Assembly (NCBI GenBank): GCA_040357565.1
Contig: JBDODJ010000099.1
Length of the DNA: 41,480 bases
From: Cercozoa sp. M6MM
Lineage: Eukaryota > Protista > Endomyxa: Ascetosporea
Direction: 5' to 3' (one strand)
The notes below the pieces were generated by a model that saw only the letters and a program-made list of their open reading frames with translations, was not told the origin of the DNA and searched no databases. Positions 12,742-25,361 of this stretch are shown in pieces. The position numbers were made by a program, and so were the translations under genes. Position 1 is the stretch's first letter. The number at the start of each line of letters is the position of its first letter.

Positions 12742-13346
12742 CTTGCACTTGACTGACAGTACAGTATAGTCCTACAACCAACGGAGCAGAGGGTAGTTAG
12801 TTCAGTCTACTAAGAAACCGACTCCGTTGTTTCCCGGCACCAGTCCTGGGGTGCGCCGCACCACTTCCAACCTCCCTATTAAAGTTCCCCAAGATATCTT
12901 CTTCAAGGTTGGTATTGCTTCTTCGCTGCTTTTCCTCACTCGAGTGTGTTGCTTCAGTTTTCTGTGATTCATGTTGAGTGCTATCCAGCTTTGTTTGTAC
13001 TTGCTCTGTCTGTCAGTGTTTGCTTGTTTGTCTGCGTTCGTTGAGTTGGATCTAAACGTGGGAGGGTACCCAGTGCATTGTGATTTGCATGCATGTCTTT
13101 TGTCAGCTCTCTCAGTTGGGCATCGATCATCAGGTTCTGCCTCTTGTGGCGTTGTGAGGGCAGAATGGTGGTAGAGCTATCCGTGTCTCTCCTTGTTCCT
13201 TTGCTTGTTTGATGCATTGACACAACGCAACAGTAGTACGCGTACTACCCCCTGCTTAAGCTCCGTCTTCTAGCTTCAGTCGATGAGAGACCGGACTGGA
13301 TACCGTCAGCCGTGAGCCCGTAACCGACCGCGAAGTGTAAATTTAC

Positions 13347-13586
13347 GGGTATGGCGGGGTTTTTCAAAGCAAAATCAGAAATCAAATCCCCTTTTACCCC
13401 CTATACCCCCTATACCCCCTAATCCCCTTTACCTCCCTTTACCCCTAGCCCTCTTTTACCTTCAAACCCCCTTTCGCCCCTAACCCCTTTTACCCGCTAT
13501 CCCCCTTTACCGCCATACAACTAATAAAAGCAGTTTGAGTGCGGTATTTTGGGGGTTCTGATTGCCTCGAAAACCTCGCCATACCC
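13347..13586. mobile_element. Non-autonomous Mutator-like MITE (240 bp) with a C-rich telomere-like interior
   Basis: Imperfect TIRs: left GGGTATGGCGGGGTTTTTCAAAGCAAAATCAGAA versus reverse complement of right end GGGTATGGCGAGGTTTTCGAGGCAATCAGAA. Exact 9-bp flanking duplication TAAATTTAC at 13338-13346 and 13587-13595. Confidence 0.8.
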
Positions 13587-13787
13587 TAAATTTACTTGCT
13601 TCGCTTCGCTTATAGTTACGCTACGCTAGCCGAGCAGCGCAGAAAGTCGGCTCGACTCACGTCACGCACATACTGTATCCCTAGAAGACTCAACTAACTA
13701 ACTCACGCACATATCGTATGCACTGCATCGCATGCGCATGCAGCGAAGTGCTTGCCCACGCGGCAGACGAGAACGGAAAACCCAAGA

Positions 13788-16367
13788 TTAGTCTTGCATT
13801 TCGTCGTCCGACGAGTCGAACTCCTCTGGAGCATGCTGTTGCCTTCTGCCGCCGTCTGTAGCAGCAGTGTCAGTCAAGCAACAAGCCGGAAGGTCACTAA
13901 ACGAATGATTGTACCGTTCCTGACGCGTTTCTGGTGTTGATGCGCGCTGCTGGCGTGCAGACGCACGTAGTCCTCGTTGTCGTGCTCGATGGCAAAGTCC
14001 GGGTTCTCGAACATGGCAGCGAAGCGCTCGTCGCGCCTGCCAGAAGGAAAAAATAAAACGAATATACAAACCAAGCTTATTGTGGCAAAAAAGATGGTGG
14101 TACATCGGGTTGAACTCGGCTGTAGCCTTGGCTTTCCTCTTGTGCTTCTTGCTGCGAGCGTCTTGTTCGCGTTGGGCCAGCTCGTCGGCGTAGTCGGCGT
14201 TGACCGTGGCCTTCTTGTGCACCTTGCGGGCCTGGACAAATACAACAAATCACGTGACTGGTTGCGACACCAGAAACGGCCAAAATGTACCACAGTGATG
14301 CGCTCGCCACGACGTGCCTTGATCTTGTCTTGAATGCGTTGCTTGACGTGCTGCTCAGACCAGAAACATCAACACACCAAAGCTGGCAGAGAAACAAAGA
14401 GACTGCACCTCCTTGAAAGCATCGGGTCGGATAACGGCCTGAGCTTCGCGGTACAGCTTGAGCGGCATGAAGAAACCGTGCATGTAGGTTCGCAGCATCG
14501 TGGATCCGATGAGGTGTGCCAGTCCCTGTTACGTACGTGTGTGTTTATTTGAGCGAAAATGGAAGCAAACAAATCGCGTAGTCTGTACCATCTTCTCGAG
14601 TTCCTCGCGAGTAACAAACTTGAAGTCCTCGTAAACGGAAGCTTCGTCCGTGTGTTTCTGGGCCTGTTCTTCCATCTCTTCCGTCATGCTGTCGAGGAAG
14701 CTGCACCTGAGAACAGCGAGGCAAGGGTTAAGAGTTACACAGAGATTGTTTGAAAGGTGGATTGATTACCATGCGGGTGCCGGAGCCAGTGCTGGAATGA
14801 AGTGTGCGTGCATTCGGTGCTGCTCGGCCGCACCAATCATCAGTCCCGTGCCTACAGCACTCAAACAGAAGTAGCATCCCACTGTCTATCAAAGAAAGGA
14901 AAGAAAACGGCAAAAACACTCACCCGGAACAACGCAGAGATCGTTCATCGGCGCAGATGGGTGCACCGAGGTCCACACTTGCGTGCTGTCCTTGTCCCAG
15001 ATCTTGACGACCTTGCTGTCCGCCGAGAGCACCTTGTTCTCGTCCAAGAAACGTCTACCAACAACGTTCACGATAAGTGTGCCCCAAAGAAAAAGGAAGA
15101 AACCCCCAAGTTTACACTGTGTGGATGCCCTTGCCCATGCGGTGATCGACGACACTCATCGGCACCGGCGATCGCATGTCGTACAGCAGCACATGGCCGC
15201 GCGAAGTACCCACTGCCATCGTTAGACCATCGTCATGGAAACGTAGCGCTGAAACCTCGCTGCAGAGTTAACCAAAAAGAAAAGTAACTAACCAAATCAT
15301 TAAACAGACAAAGTCAAAACACACCTGCCACGAAGCTTCTTGGCCAGTCGCGTACTTTTAGCTGATGCGGATTTCGCAACGTCCAGCGAGGCCTGGCATA
15401 AGTAAGAAAAATAAAACACAAAACAAAACAAGCGCGCCAAAGCTAAGGTGCACCAGACAGGTGGAGTCACGCGGGTCCCAGCACTCGACGGCACACGTGT
15501 CACTCGAGCCAAAAGCCAGCATGCCATGCTGCGGGTTAACGCCGATCTTGTTGATGCCGGTGAGTGACGTGCGCAGCGACGGTGCGAACTCGCCCTGCTC
15601 CAGATCGAGTCGGTAGACTTCGTTGGAATCGCCTGTGCCAATCAATACACTTGCAAGTTAATTTAAAAAACAAACAAACTCAAGTTGAATGAAGCAAAGC
15701 AAAGTTGTGAAAAAAAAAGACGTCAAGCAAGCCTACCACCAGCATAGAGTTGGCATGTGTCGTAGTGGTACGCCAAGTCACGGCCGAAACGCGGAATACG
15801 CACGATGTGGTGCTTGCCGTACTTGGCGTGGAATTCGATCGCACGGTCACACTGCAGAAACGCCAATAAACACAGGCCACACAAAGGTTGAAAATAAAAG
15901 GGTACGCGCAGAATCGCAAGCTTGCTGAAGTCGTCGCTGAGCACTTGGAACTGTCGCACTTCGTTGTCGAGATACCGTTCGCACTTGAGCGAGAGTTGCT
16001 GTAGCCACAGTAAAAATAAAAAACTGAACAAACTTAACAAAAGAAAAAGTTGGAGCACCTGAACGTCAAAGATCTTGATGCGTGGCTTGTACATGCCGGC
16101 AGCAAGCAGGAACTGTCCGTCCGGAGACATCTTCACCACTGTCGACAGATGCGGAAAGTCTAGGTCCTGGATCAGTTCGACTCGCCGTCTGTAGTCGTCA
16201 TTGTAGCGAAGCGCACGCGTGTTGCCACCTGAGTTCGTTTGCCCCAACATTTAAGAACAGATCACACAGAAGTAACCATTAATACCCGCCTCTTCGAGGA
16301 ACTGTGGCGTTGTCTTGCCTGCCGACAGACAGTAGGTCTTGATGCCGTTGAGCTCGCTCACCTGCAT
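13788..16367 (-). CDS. NOL10: Nucleolar protein 10 / Enp2 (SSU processome WD40 + NUC153 protein)
   Basis: MQVSELNGIKTYCLSAGK...RRRVELIQDLDFP..S..VKMSPDGQFLLAAGMYKPRIKIFD; RIPRFGRDLAY; EVYRLDLEQG; IPALAPAPAWCSFLDSMTEEME; VYEDFKFVTREEL; YMHGFF; DERFAAMFENPDFAIE. Junctions checked were GT-AG. Confidence 0.95.
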
Positions 16368-16673
16368 GTCTCCTCGGTCTCTTCAGTCAGCCCAGAGGCG
16401 CACCACAGTTATTCTGTGCGAAAAACCGGTCACACTGATCGACTCGACTCCTGCACGTGCCTGGAGAATACGCTGCTCTAAACACACTGCGCACACACGC
16501 TGGGAACCTATCGGCGACTCTAGAGGCCGACACAACTCGAGTTCTCGGAGCGCCGGTGCTTTCGTTTGACATTTTAAAGAGCAACTACTGTGGTGTACTT
16601 ACTTTGCGTTTTTCACTGTGGCTTTAGGGGTTTCCGACATGGGGATGTACACGAACTCAAATGTGCTGTTACG

Positions 16674-17823
16674 ATGCAACCAGAAGCTCGGCCGACAGAC
16701 GAGGACGAGCGCTGTGAGAGCTATATTTTATCGATTAATGCAGTTGGGTATCGGATCGATGTGATGTTGCAGGCCGAGACATCCCTGCTGACGTTGAGTT
16801 GGACCAAGAGCGTCGGGTAACGCTGTCGTTTGACAATGTCGTTGTCTCTGTACGTCGTGGTCGAGGCGAACACGCAGAAGGTACCGTGCCTGGGTGTCAA
16901 TGGTGTTTTTGCTGGAATTTGAGTCATTTTCTACCTGCCAGAAAAGCGGATCTTAGATGGAATCTCTGGCGTCGCAGTACCGAGGCGTTTGACCGCCATC
17001 ATTGGTCCCAGCGGATGCGGAAAGGTATCAATTAATACCGATGACAGATGTGCTATTTCTTTGAATACCCTCCAAAACTGTTAAATATAGACAACACTAT
17101 TGGACGCTTTGGCAGCGCGTATTTCGCGTCGTTCCGTGTCTGAATTGAGGTAAAGTGTTTTTTTTGTCTTCTAGTCTATCTCTACGTATACGTTGGACTG
17201 TTTCAGTGGCGATATCTGCATGAATGGCGCTCCTGCTCGCCGCTCCGTTCTCAAACATGTCTGTGCTTATGTCACCCAGGAGGTCAGTTCACTAACTGCA
17301 AACAGGTGTGTATTTTGTAATCACTTGTTATGTTGACGCAGGACCATTTGGTGGGCACACAGACAGTGACAGAGGCGTTTCGATTCGCTGCCGACGTGCA
17401 GTTGCCTGCCTCGACAGCGGAACGTGAGAAGATTTGTCGCGTACAGTCGACGGTCCGGCAACTCGGCCTGTGGCAATCGAAGGATACACGGATCGGTACC
17501 GTGTTCAAGAAGGGTTTGGTAGGACACTAGTACACGGATAAAGTGCAAGTTTCATGCAGCTGCTGAATCTTAGAGCGGCGGTCAGCAACGTCGTGTGTCG
17601 CTTGGTCTGGAACTCTTAAGACGTCCTTCACTGTACTCCAGGCACACTATCATGCATTATATCACACGTAGGTTGATTTTGTAGGGTGCTATGTGACGAA
17701 CCGACCTCTGGGTTGGATGCCGAGTCGGCACTACGTGTCATGCAGGTGCTGACCAGAATCGCACGTGCCGGTCATACTGTACGGTTGTCCATTGTGAGTG
17801 TGTGTGTGTGTGTGTGTATATAC

Positions 17824-17861
<38 letters not shown>

Positions 17862-20021
17862 GTGTGCGTGAACTGTGAATGATTGAGTCAGGTGGTCTGC
17901 ACTCTGCATCAACCGTCTTCGCACGTGTTTCAACTGGTGGACGATGTGATGATTCTAACCGACGGTCGTGTGGCCTACTGTGGTGAACGTGCTAGGCTGG
18001 CGCCGTTTTTTGCTGGTACATCGATACAACAATATTATTTCTGTACCTTATAGAATAAATGTTCGATGTTAGAGGCGCAACTGCCGGTACCAGAGTTGAT
18101 GAACGTCGCCGACCACGCCTTGGCCGTTGTCAATACTGACTTTGCAGTCGAGGATATGCACATTGCCAAAGGGGATGAAGAGACACAAAGTGAGGCTGCC
18201 ACCGAAATAGCAGGCGAACGAGTGGATCGCTTGGTATAATTTAAATTGTTTACTCACTTTGATGTTGTTTCTCCGACAGTACTTTTGTCGCACCTAGGTC
18301 GCCTACTATGCTTCGCGAAAAGACGAGTTTCAGCAGCACATGCGAGAGGCACCACTGGAAGGCGAAGAACAAGAAGGTTATACCTTTGCTGTCAGCGCAC
18401 TGCGACAAACGTGGCATCTCGTGAAGTACCCACCTCACTCCCAGTCGGACATTATTGTTTCATCTCTTGTCCGTGTATTTTGCGCAGACGTCAGTCATCA
18501 GAGAATGCGTGAGAACCTCCCAAGATTTGTTGTATTGAGTGGAAGTACATTATTCCAATGGACAGACGCAATCCAGGTGTCTACTGGATCCGGTGGCTCA
18601 TGTACTTCATGCTGAGCCTCATGGTGCGTATACGTTTCGTCAATTCACATAGAGTACCTTGTCTGTCAATGTGCCAACTGACACGCAGATCGGAACCTTC
18701 TACATCAACATCGGCAACACACAGAGCGAGATTCAGGACCGCATGTGCGTTGTGTTACCACCCGGTTGTCTCACCCACAGGTATCATGTTTACAGTATCG
18801 TTGTCCCTGTATTTGCACAGCTCGGCTTTGTTCTATGCCTGCGCCTTTCTGGTGTTCATGGCGATCGCTGTGATGCCAGCGATGATCGTCGATCGCGCCG
18901 TGTTCACCAAGGAGACGAGTAACGGGTAGTCTGTTCCGCACCTATGGAATTGTCGTTAATGCGAGGAATACCTTAGGTGGTACGGAGCTGGTCCCTACGT
19001 CATTGCACACGCTTTGTCGTCCATCCCGGGTCTGCTGGTGCATTGACTTTACTGGTATCTCTCTAGCCCTTGCACCACCTGTGTCTAGATTATCGCACTG
19101 ACGTCGTCGTTGCTGATCTACTTTCCGATGGGTCTCAGTACTGAGCGTGGTGCGTATGAATTTAACTGAGCTTACGCTCAGACATTGTCTTGTTACGCGT
19201 GTGTTTACAGACGGCATCCTCCAGTTCTTTTTGTTCCTTTTCAACTTGTTCCTGTCGCTGTTTGCCGCTGAGGCATTCATGCATGCTGTGGTATCTGGGC
19301 TCACCACCATTTCCAGTACTTTGAAGAATGGTCATGTGAGAAACAGGCCGCCATTGTGCCGTTCTACATCATTGGGATGGCACTTGCGGCTGGCTTCTTT
19401 GGCCTGATGATGCTTGTACAGTTCACTCTTGTCTGATACTACTACAAGTCGTCGTAGTTGTACATTTTTGTCAGGCTGAGGGCTTCTTTGTGCTCCCGTC
19501 TAACATGCCGGTGTTCTGGCTGTGGGCGTACTACATTGCCCTTCACACCTACTCATTCGAAACCTTCATGTGGAACGAATTCAATGGACTCTCCTTGGAG
19601 CCATGTAATAGCGACAGTCCTGTCTGTCTCGCCCCAAATGGTACCTACAGGAACGGCCGGCAGCGCTGCTGCTTGCGTGGGTTTTCTCGAGTTCTGCAAT
19701 ATGGTGTGGGATTCTGCACAGGTTCCGGGAATGAAGTGCTGGACTACTATGACATGGTAATTAAATTGATCCCTGCTTTGACTGGATGAGATAAATCAAC
19801 CTGACGTGCCAACCCGGCATACAATGTGCTAGGATGTATCAAGCGGCAAAATCATCATCAACCTTATTGTCTTGGTTGGGTAAATTTTGCGTCCGAATCC
19901 AGATCGATACAGTGAGTGAATAAATACCCTTCTGACAACGTCTCTGTTTTGTAGCATGGCCGTGTTCTACCGCTTCGTGGCCTACGCTGTGCTGCGCTAC
20001 TTCCGTTCTGGTAAGCGATAA
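16674..20021 (+). CDS. ABCG: ABCG (White/WBC-type) half-transporter, NBD followed by TMD
   Basis: Walker A GPSGCGK|TT, Q-loop AYVTQE|D, signature GL|SGGQQRRVSLG, Walker B LCDEPTSGLD, H-loop TLHQPS; TMD RNPGVYWIR, EIQDR, DRAVFTKETSNG, EGFF, NEF; ends YFRSGKR*. Confidence 0.95.
17798..17870. repeat. (TG)n microsatellite in an ABCG intron
   Basis: Interrupted TG run seen directly. Confidence 0.9.
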
Positions 20022-20433
20022 GCGATTGACCCAAATGGATACGGAGAATCTGACTCGACTCACGGCTTGCTCGCACTCGTCGGCTAACAAACTGAATTTG
20101 AATTATCCGAAGTAGGAAAACTGCCGTGTAGTACTGCGCTTTAACTTAAGATTTACTTTGTTACGCGAAGCCCAGTACAGCATCGTATTCCATCTATTCC
20201 ATGAATCAATTAACCGCCGGTGCCGGCCAGTGGGTGACTGCTGGCTGGTAAAACCCAGTCAAGATTCTTCCAGTCAGTTTGGCAACTCGACTTCCGATGG
20301 ATCTGTCAAGTGAATGATGGCGCAGTCCCCGAAGCCCGCGGACGTTTGACTTGACTGAGTTTTAAGTCCAATGAGGGATTGGATAGCGAGATAGAGACCT
20401 AGTCTGAGTGCTGTTCATGCTCTAAATCCGGAA

Positions 20434-20739
20434 ATGCGCAACAAAACCTCGTGCGTTCCAGAGTCACTAAAACGGAGAGATTTGTTTCCTTTGAACGAAA
20501 AGATCTCTTTGCGGATTGGTGGAAATGGGTTCTGGCTCTCATCGGACATCAGTATTGAAGTCATGACACGCCTGCTCAGAGAAGCGCTGGGTACTGTACC
20601 CTGGGCGCAGCAAATTGAATTCCTGCACAAAGTCAAGTTTGTAATTTTAAATATAAACTTACTGCGAAGGGTTTCGAGCAGTGAGAATACTCCCGGACAG
20701 AGGTACGTCCACGAACAAGAAACCCTTTGTCCCCTTTAA
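20434..20739 (+). CDS. Possible first exon(s) of a gene interrupted by the gap
   Basis: ATG-initiated 101-aa ORF followed by a GT donor and a C-rich intron-like tract just before the gap. No homology recognised; link to the GT64 exons unproven. Confidence 0.25.
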   Translation: MRNKTSCVPESLKRRDLFPLNEKISLRIGGNGFWLSSDISIEVMTRLLREALGTVPWAQQIEFLHKVKFVILNINLLRRVSSSENTPGQRYVHEQETLCPL

Positions 20740-20779
20740 TCCCTGACCCTTATAAGCCCCCATTCGAGCGTGTCAGAGC

Positions 20780-20908
20780 NNNNNNNNNNNNNNNNNNNNN
20801 NNNNNNNNNNNNNNNNNNNNNNNNNNNNNNNNNNNNNNNNNNNNNNNNNNNNNNNNNNNNNNNNNNNNNNNNNNNNNNNNNNNNNNNNNNNNNNNNNNNN
20901 NNNNNNNN
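20780..20908. other. Assembly gap (129 N)
   Basis: Run of N; flanked by C-rich repeat, most strongly on the right. Confidence 1.
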
Positions 20909-21039
20909 TTTACCCTTGACGCTTTATACCCATTTAACTTTACCCCTGTATACTCCTTACCCCCTTAAACCCTTAACCCCTCTTAACCCCTTAACCCCCT
21001 TACCCCCTTAACCCCTTTCCCCCCCCCCCCCCACCCCAG

Positions 21040-21583
21040 CTGGACGACGACCGTTGGCTCTCGTGCGGCGCAGTGCTGGCGCTGCAGGCGACGCGCGAGC
21101 GACTGGGTCGACTGAAGCTGCCGTTGCGACACACCAGCACACGCGAGATCGGCTGGCGACGCTCACCCGACCGCGCGGACGAAGTCTGCGGTGTCTACAC
21201 CTTTCGCGCGGACCGACAGACACACCGAGTGGCCCTGCCGCACGCCTTGTTTGTACCGCGTGCCGTCTTTCATCTCTACCACGCTGTCATGCCGCTGCAG
21301 GTACTTGGGGTTAAGGGGGTTTGGGGTAAGAGGGGAAAAGGCGGTAAAAAGGGGGTCAATGGGGGTCAGGGGGTTAGGGGTATAAAGGGGGGTCTCCACA
21401 GGTGCGCGAGCTGATCTCGCGCGAGCGCAACTGCGAAGACGTCGCGCTGAATTTTCTCGTGTCCGCGCTGAACGCCGACGGACGCGTCTATGACACACTG
21501 GACGCCGGCATGTAGTCTTCCTGTCCCAGAATCTCGGAACATTCCAGGAACACTCCAGGAACATTTCAGGAAGAATCTTCATT

Positions 21584-21623
<40 letters not shown>

Positions 21624-21811
21624 GTAGTGCCTGGGAGAAGAGTTTCGACGACCCGTCGACGGCGTTGACGACGGCCAACACGCTGCAGCGGCGCAGTGCG
21701 TGTGTGCAACTCATGACGGCGCTCTTCGCCTCGCTGCGCGTGCGCCCACGTGCGCCGGACGGCGCCACCAACCGCCACTTTGTGCTGCTCAAGCCGCCGC
21801 GTCTCGCCTGA
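21040..21811 (+). CDS. Glycosyltransferase family 64 (exostosin C-terminal/EXTL2-like) protein, 3' part
   Basis: LDDD (DxD motif), ALF..R....LY...MPLQ|VRELISRERNCEDVALNFLVS, and RRSACVQLMTALF match GT64 hallmarks (NCEDIxxNFLV; R..C...F). 5' end lost in the gap. Confidence 0.8.
21536..21622. repeat. 11-bp tandem repeat (GGAACATTCCA-like, x3) plus (TG)n in a GT64 intron
   Basis: ggaacattcca ggaacactcca ggaacatttca, followed by a TG run. Confidence 0.8.
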
Positions 21812-22122
21812 CCTACCCACCGTACGGTAGTCAGTTCAGTCTATTTTGACACAGTTAGTCAGACTGAGTGACTTCGCTTGAGTCTTATAAGACCAACCAC
21901 GTGTAAGCTCCCCTGCACCGGTCTGGTACCGTACTTCTCCGACAGTGACTTTACACAACAAGAGACACCGAGACTCGACTGTAGCGTAGTACGGTACTTA
22001 TAATACGTTGGTTCAGGCAGGCCGCGCTGCGCAGGCTGGGCATCACATCGCATAATTATGCTCCTCCAGCGGGACGTTAGACCGAGTTTAATGACCGAGT
22101 TTAAAGGAGAAGGTTACGTTAG

Positions 22123-23770
22123 CTAGTTTGACTCGGGCTGAGACCGAGGATCGAGCTGCTTCAGCAAGTGCAGCCAATTGTGCTCGAGCAGGTGTAAGGC
22201 ATGCAGACCGCCGCCTTTTTCGCGACGGTGTTCGACATGCACACGCACGCCACTGCTCGCAATCTCGTCTGCTGTATAAACGATTGAGACCAAGGTGGTC
22301 ACAAGAAAGCATGCATCTCAAAACGCAGCACCAGCACGATGCTGCCGAATTCTATCGGCGAGATAATGCGAAACTTGAGGTGTGCGCAGAGCATCTCGCT
22401 GAAATGCACACCCCCAGTGGAGATTGCTAGCCATTAAAAGCACCGTAGGAGCGTGTGGTTTGTTTTACCTCCGCGTGGAGGAAGTAGAAACGCGTGTTGG
22501 CAGGAATAGCTTCGAACAGACTGGGGAAGAGGAGAAACGCAGAAATCGATCACAAACAACGAATAAAAACAAAAGAGAGTGATACGAGACACCGTCGATA
22601 AGCCAAGGACGGTTGAATGAGAGACGCTCCAACTGAATGGCCTGCTCGATTCCGGTCTCGTTTTCGCAGTGACTGGCAACGAGAACGCGTCGCAGCGCTT
22701 CCTTTCTGTCGTCGCAGGCCGCGCGGAACATGTGACCGTAGAAACCAGCGGCCACTACGTCAATTCCCTCCTGTCGCAGCTTCGCATCTCTGTCCCTGGC
22801 TGAGGACAAAGGAAGGGCACCCATACAAGTCAAGTACCTACTTCTCAAGTGAGAATCAAACACTCTACCGATGGACCTAGAGTACCCTGCTTGAGCATGG
22901 TGTAGTCGACCAGACCGAGAGCGTAGAAGGCTTTGAGAAGTACACCACCGTACCGCATGTGCCACCACAGCGACAGCGGGTATTCTTCTTGCGGTCCCTC
23001 TGTACATCCAAGGGGCATCATCAATTCTCCTCTATTCTACCAGCAGAAAGTACAAGAATTCACCAGCTGCAATGCACGCGACAGAGTCCACCGAACGCTG
23101 CCAGCGTGCGGCACATTCCATCTGAAACACAGCTCAGGCAGGTAAGTACATACATGATATATATATATATATATATCTATAAGGTACCGCATAGGGCCCG
23201 CCACTCGAAAATCCAACGATCGAAATCAACGCCTGCTGAGACACCTCCAGCACGTCCAGCAAATGCTCCACTTTCGCCGCGAAACTTTCACGTGAATGTT
23301 CCGTATTTTCCGCTGGGACTGAGGATAGTCCTGTTTGCGCCCCAATAGCCAGGATAGCCAGCCAAGATCTAAAGTAAAATGCAAAAAATACAAAGGTTTT
23401 AACTTACCGTAGCCAGGGCGATCGACCCCGAGAATACAAAACTGATGCTGCAGGTAGTAATGCTGACACTGAGGCACTGCGACCTCGAGTCGACTGCAGC
23501 CCATGCCATGAAAGTACAGCACTACGCGCACGGCCTCTTGAGGCGAGACACCGCATCGATGCACTCCGAGCGTACTTCCACTGCAACACACACAGGATTC
23601 GCACTTCTTTGCCTCTTTTTTAAATCACAGCCCAAGGCACTCATCGAGTGTGACGGCAAAGGAACCGCTATCGTCGTACACAGGCGACAAGTGACGATCC
23701 ACCAGTTCTGTATCAAGGGCGCTTGTATCATTGGTTCTTTTAAACGCAGTGGTGTATGTGTACCTCGCAT
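22123..23770 (-). CDS. Alpha/beta-fold hydrolase
   Basis: TLDDGSTLG, VLYFHGMGCSRLE, GVDRPGYG|LS, nucleophile elbow GFSSGGPYA, candidate acid FLHAE|RD, candidate His in GGGLH. First exon is only ATGCGAG. Confidence 0.85.
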
Positions 23771-23922
23771 CTCGTAAGCAATCCACTGTCAAGCCCACAC
23801 TAGAATTACACAAAACTACAAAACTTGCAGAATGCTGATCAGGTGGCACTCCCTTAACAAAACTCTTATGGCGCTTTCACTCTGTCCCACGCTGACACGT
23901 AGAGTAACCAACCCAGTGTCCG

Positions 23923-25361
23923 ATGCCACAACAAGACGTAGATCCGCGCACCGTCTACTGTAATGCCACTATGACTGCTGATTGTATTTTGCATTATTTG
24001 TATTTTCGCAGTGGCCAACATCTCCTATGAGGCCACCAAGAGCGATGTGATCGCTCTGTTTGAACAGTACTATCCAGTGGAGAGTTTTGACTTGGTACCC
24101 TCTCTTACCCGAACGGTTAACATGTCCGTCACGGTTACACTCAGATCAGGGATAGCTATGGCAAGCCGCGCGGATTCGGCTTCATGGTTTTCCGCAATCT
24201 CAGGTAAATTCTGAGCAAACTGCAGCGTGCGATAGTGCGGTGAAGCACCTTTAAACTCGTTTGGATTTGTTAGTGATGCGCGTGCAGCTGTTCGTGAACT
24301 CAATGGTAAAATTATGATCTCGTTCGCTTTCGAGTTGAGTTGGTGTTTGCTTCATGCCGCAACTTTCCTTTCTGCAGGTCGAATCGAGATCAATGGGCGT
24401 CCAGTTCGCGTGCAGCAACATGGCGGCGGTGGCAAAGCTTCCAGTCGAAGAGTATAACACTTTTTCTTTTCTAATTATAACTGGTAGGTTTGACTGTTAG
24501 ATTGTTGTGAATACGGGTAGGACCGTTCAAGGTCACCAGAGAAGCCCGTGCCAGTTTCGGGCACGCATAAGCAAGTGGACGCAGTCCAACAGGTGATGCA
24601 AGAAATGAGCGACGCCGACAAAGCCGAAGTTCTCACTCGAGCGCAACAGCTCGTAGCTTTTTTTTTTTTGCTTTCTCTTTATCTCCCGATATTATCTGTT
24701 TTTCTTGGTGTTGCACAGGTGAAACAGGATCCGAATGCTGCGCGAACTCTATTGCGACGCAATCCGGCACTTGCTCAAGTACTACGTTTGTGCTTGTTGT
24801 GTCTTGCATGTTTCATGTTTACGTGCTTTGGACTAGGCACTGCTGATGGCACTATCGGACCTGCAGATCCTGCAGCAGGGTCAAACGAGCCCGCTTCTGG
24901 TGCGGCACGCCGGTGCCACACCTCCACCGCCTCCCGTTCCGATTCAGCCTGTGCAGGTAGCCTCCTGCCTCCGATAACACATGCTTTTTGTGATGCGTAC
25001 CTTGTGAGCGCAGCAGCAGCCGCCTGTGCCGCCACCGGTGAGACCTGCGCCTCCGATGCCTGCGCCGGCGCCTCCTGCTGTTCCGATGACACCTGCCACC
25101 GTGCCGATCGCCGGTCTCACTCTCGAGGAATACAACATGTTGCCGCCACTCGTTCAGCAGAAGGTGAGCCAACTCAATGCGCAGCAGCAGGCCATCTTCG
25201 TTCGTGTCTGTCGCATGACGGCCGAAACTGTTCGGTATCGACTCTTTACCCCTCCCTTCGTTGCTTGCAGACTGCCTTGTTCTGCCTGCAGAAACATGCC
25301 GGAAGCGCAGCAGAACCAGATTGTCACGCTTCGCAAGACCTTCGGCTTGCCGGCACTCTGA
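23923..25361 (+). CDS. CSTF2: Cleavage stimulation factor subunit 2 (CstF-64/Rna15)
   Basis: N-terminal RRM (TVYLANISY; KPRGFGFM; AVRELNG), hinge (DPNAARTLLRRNPALAQALL), Pro-rich linker, CSTF_C-like end (VCRMTAETVRNMPEAQQNQIVTLR). Confidence 0.85.

Noticed and set aside
12947-13232. TGTTGC...GCAACA as a solo LTR
   Set aside because: Only a 6-bp inverted match and the flanks (GAGTG versus GTAGT) give no TSD.
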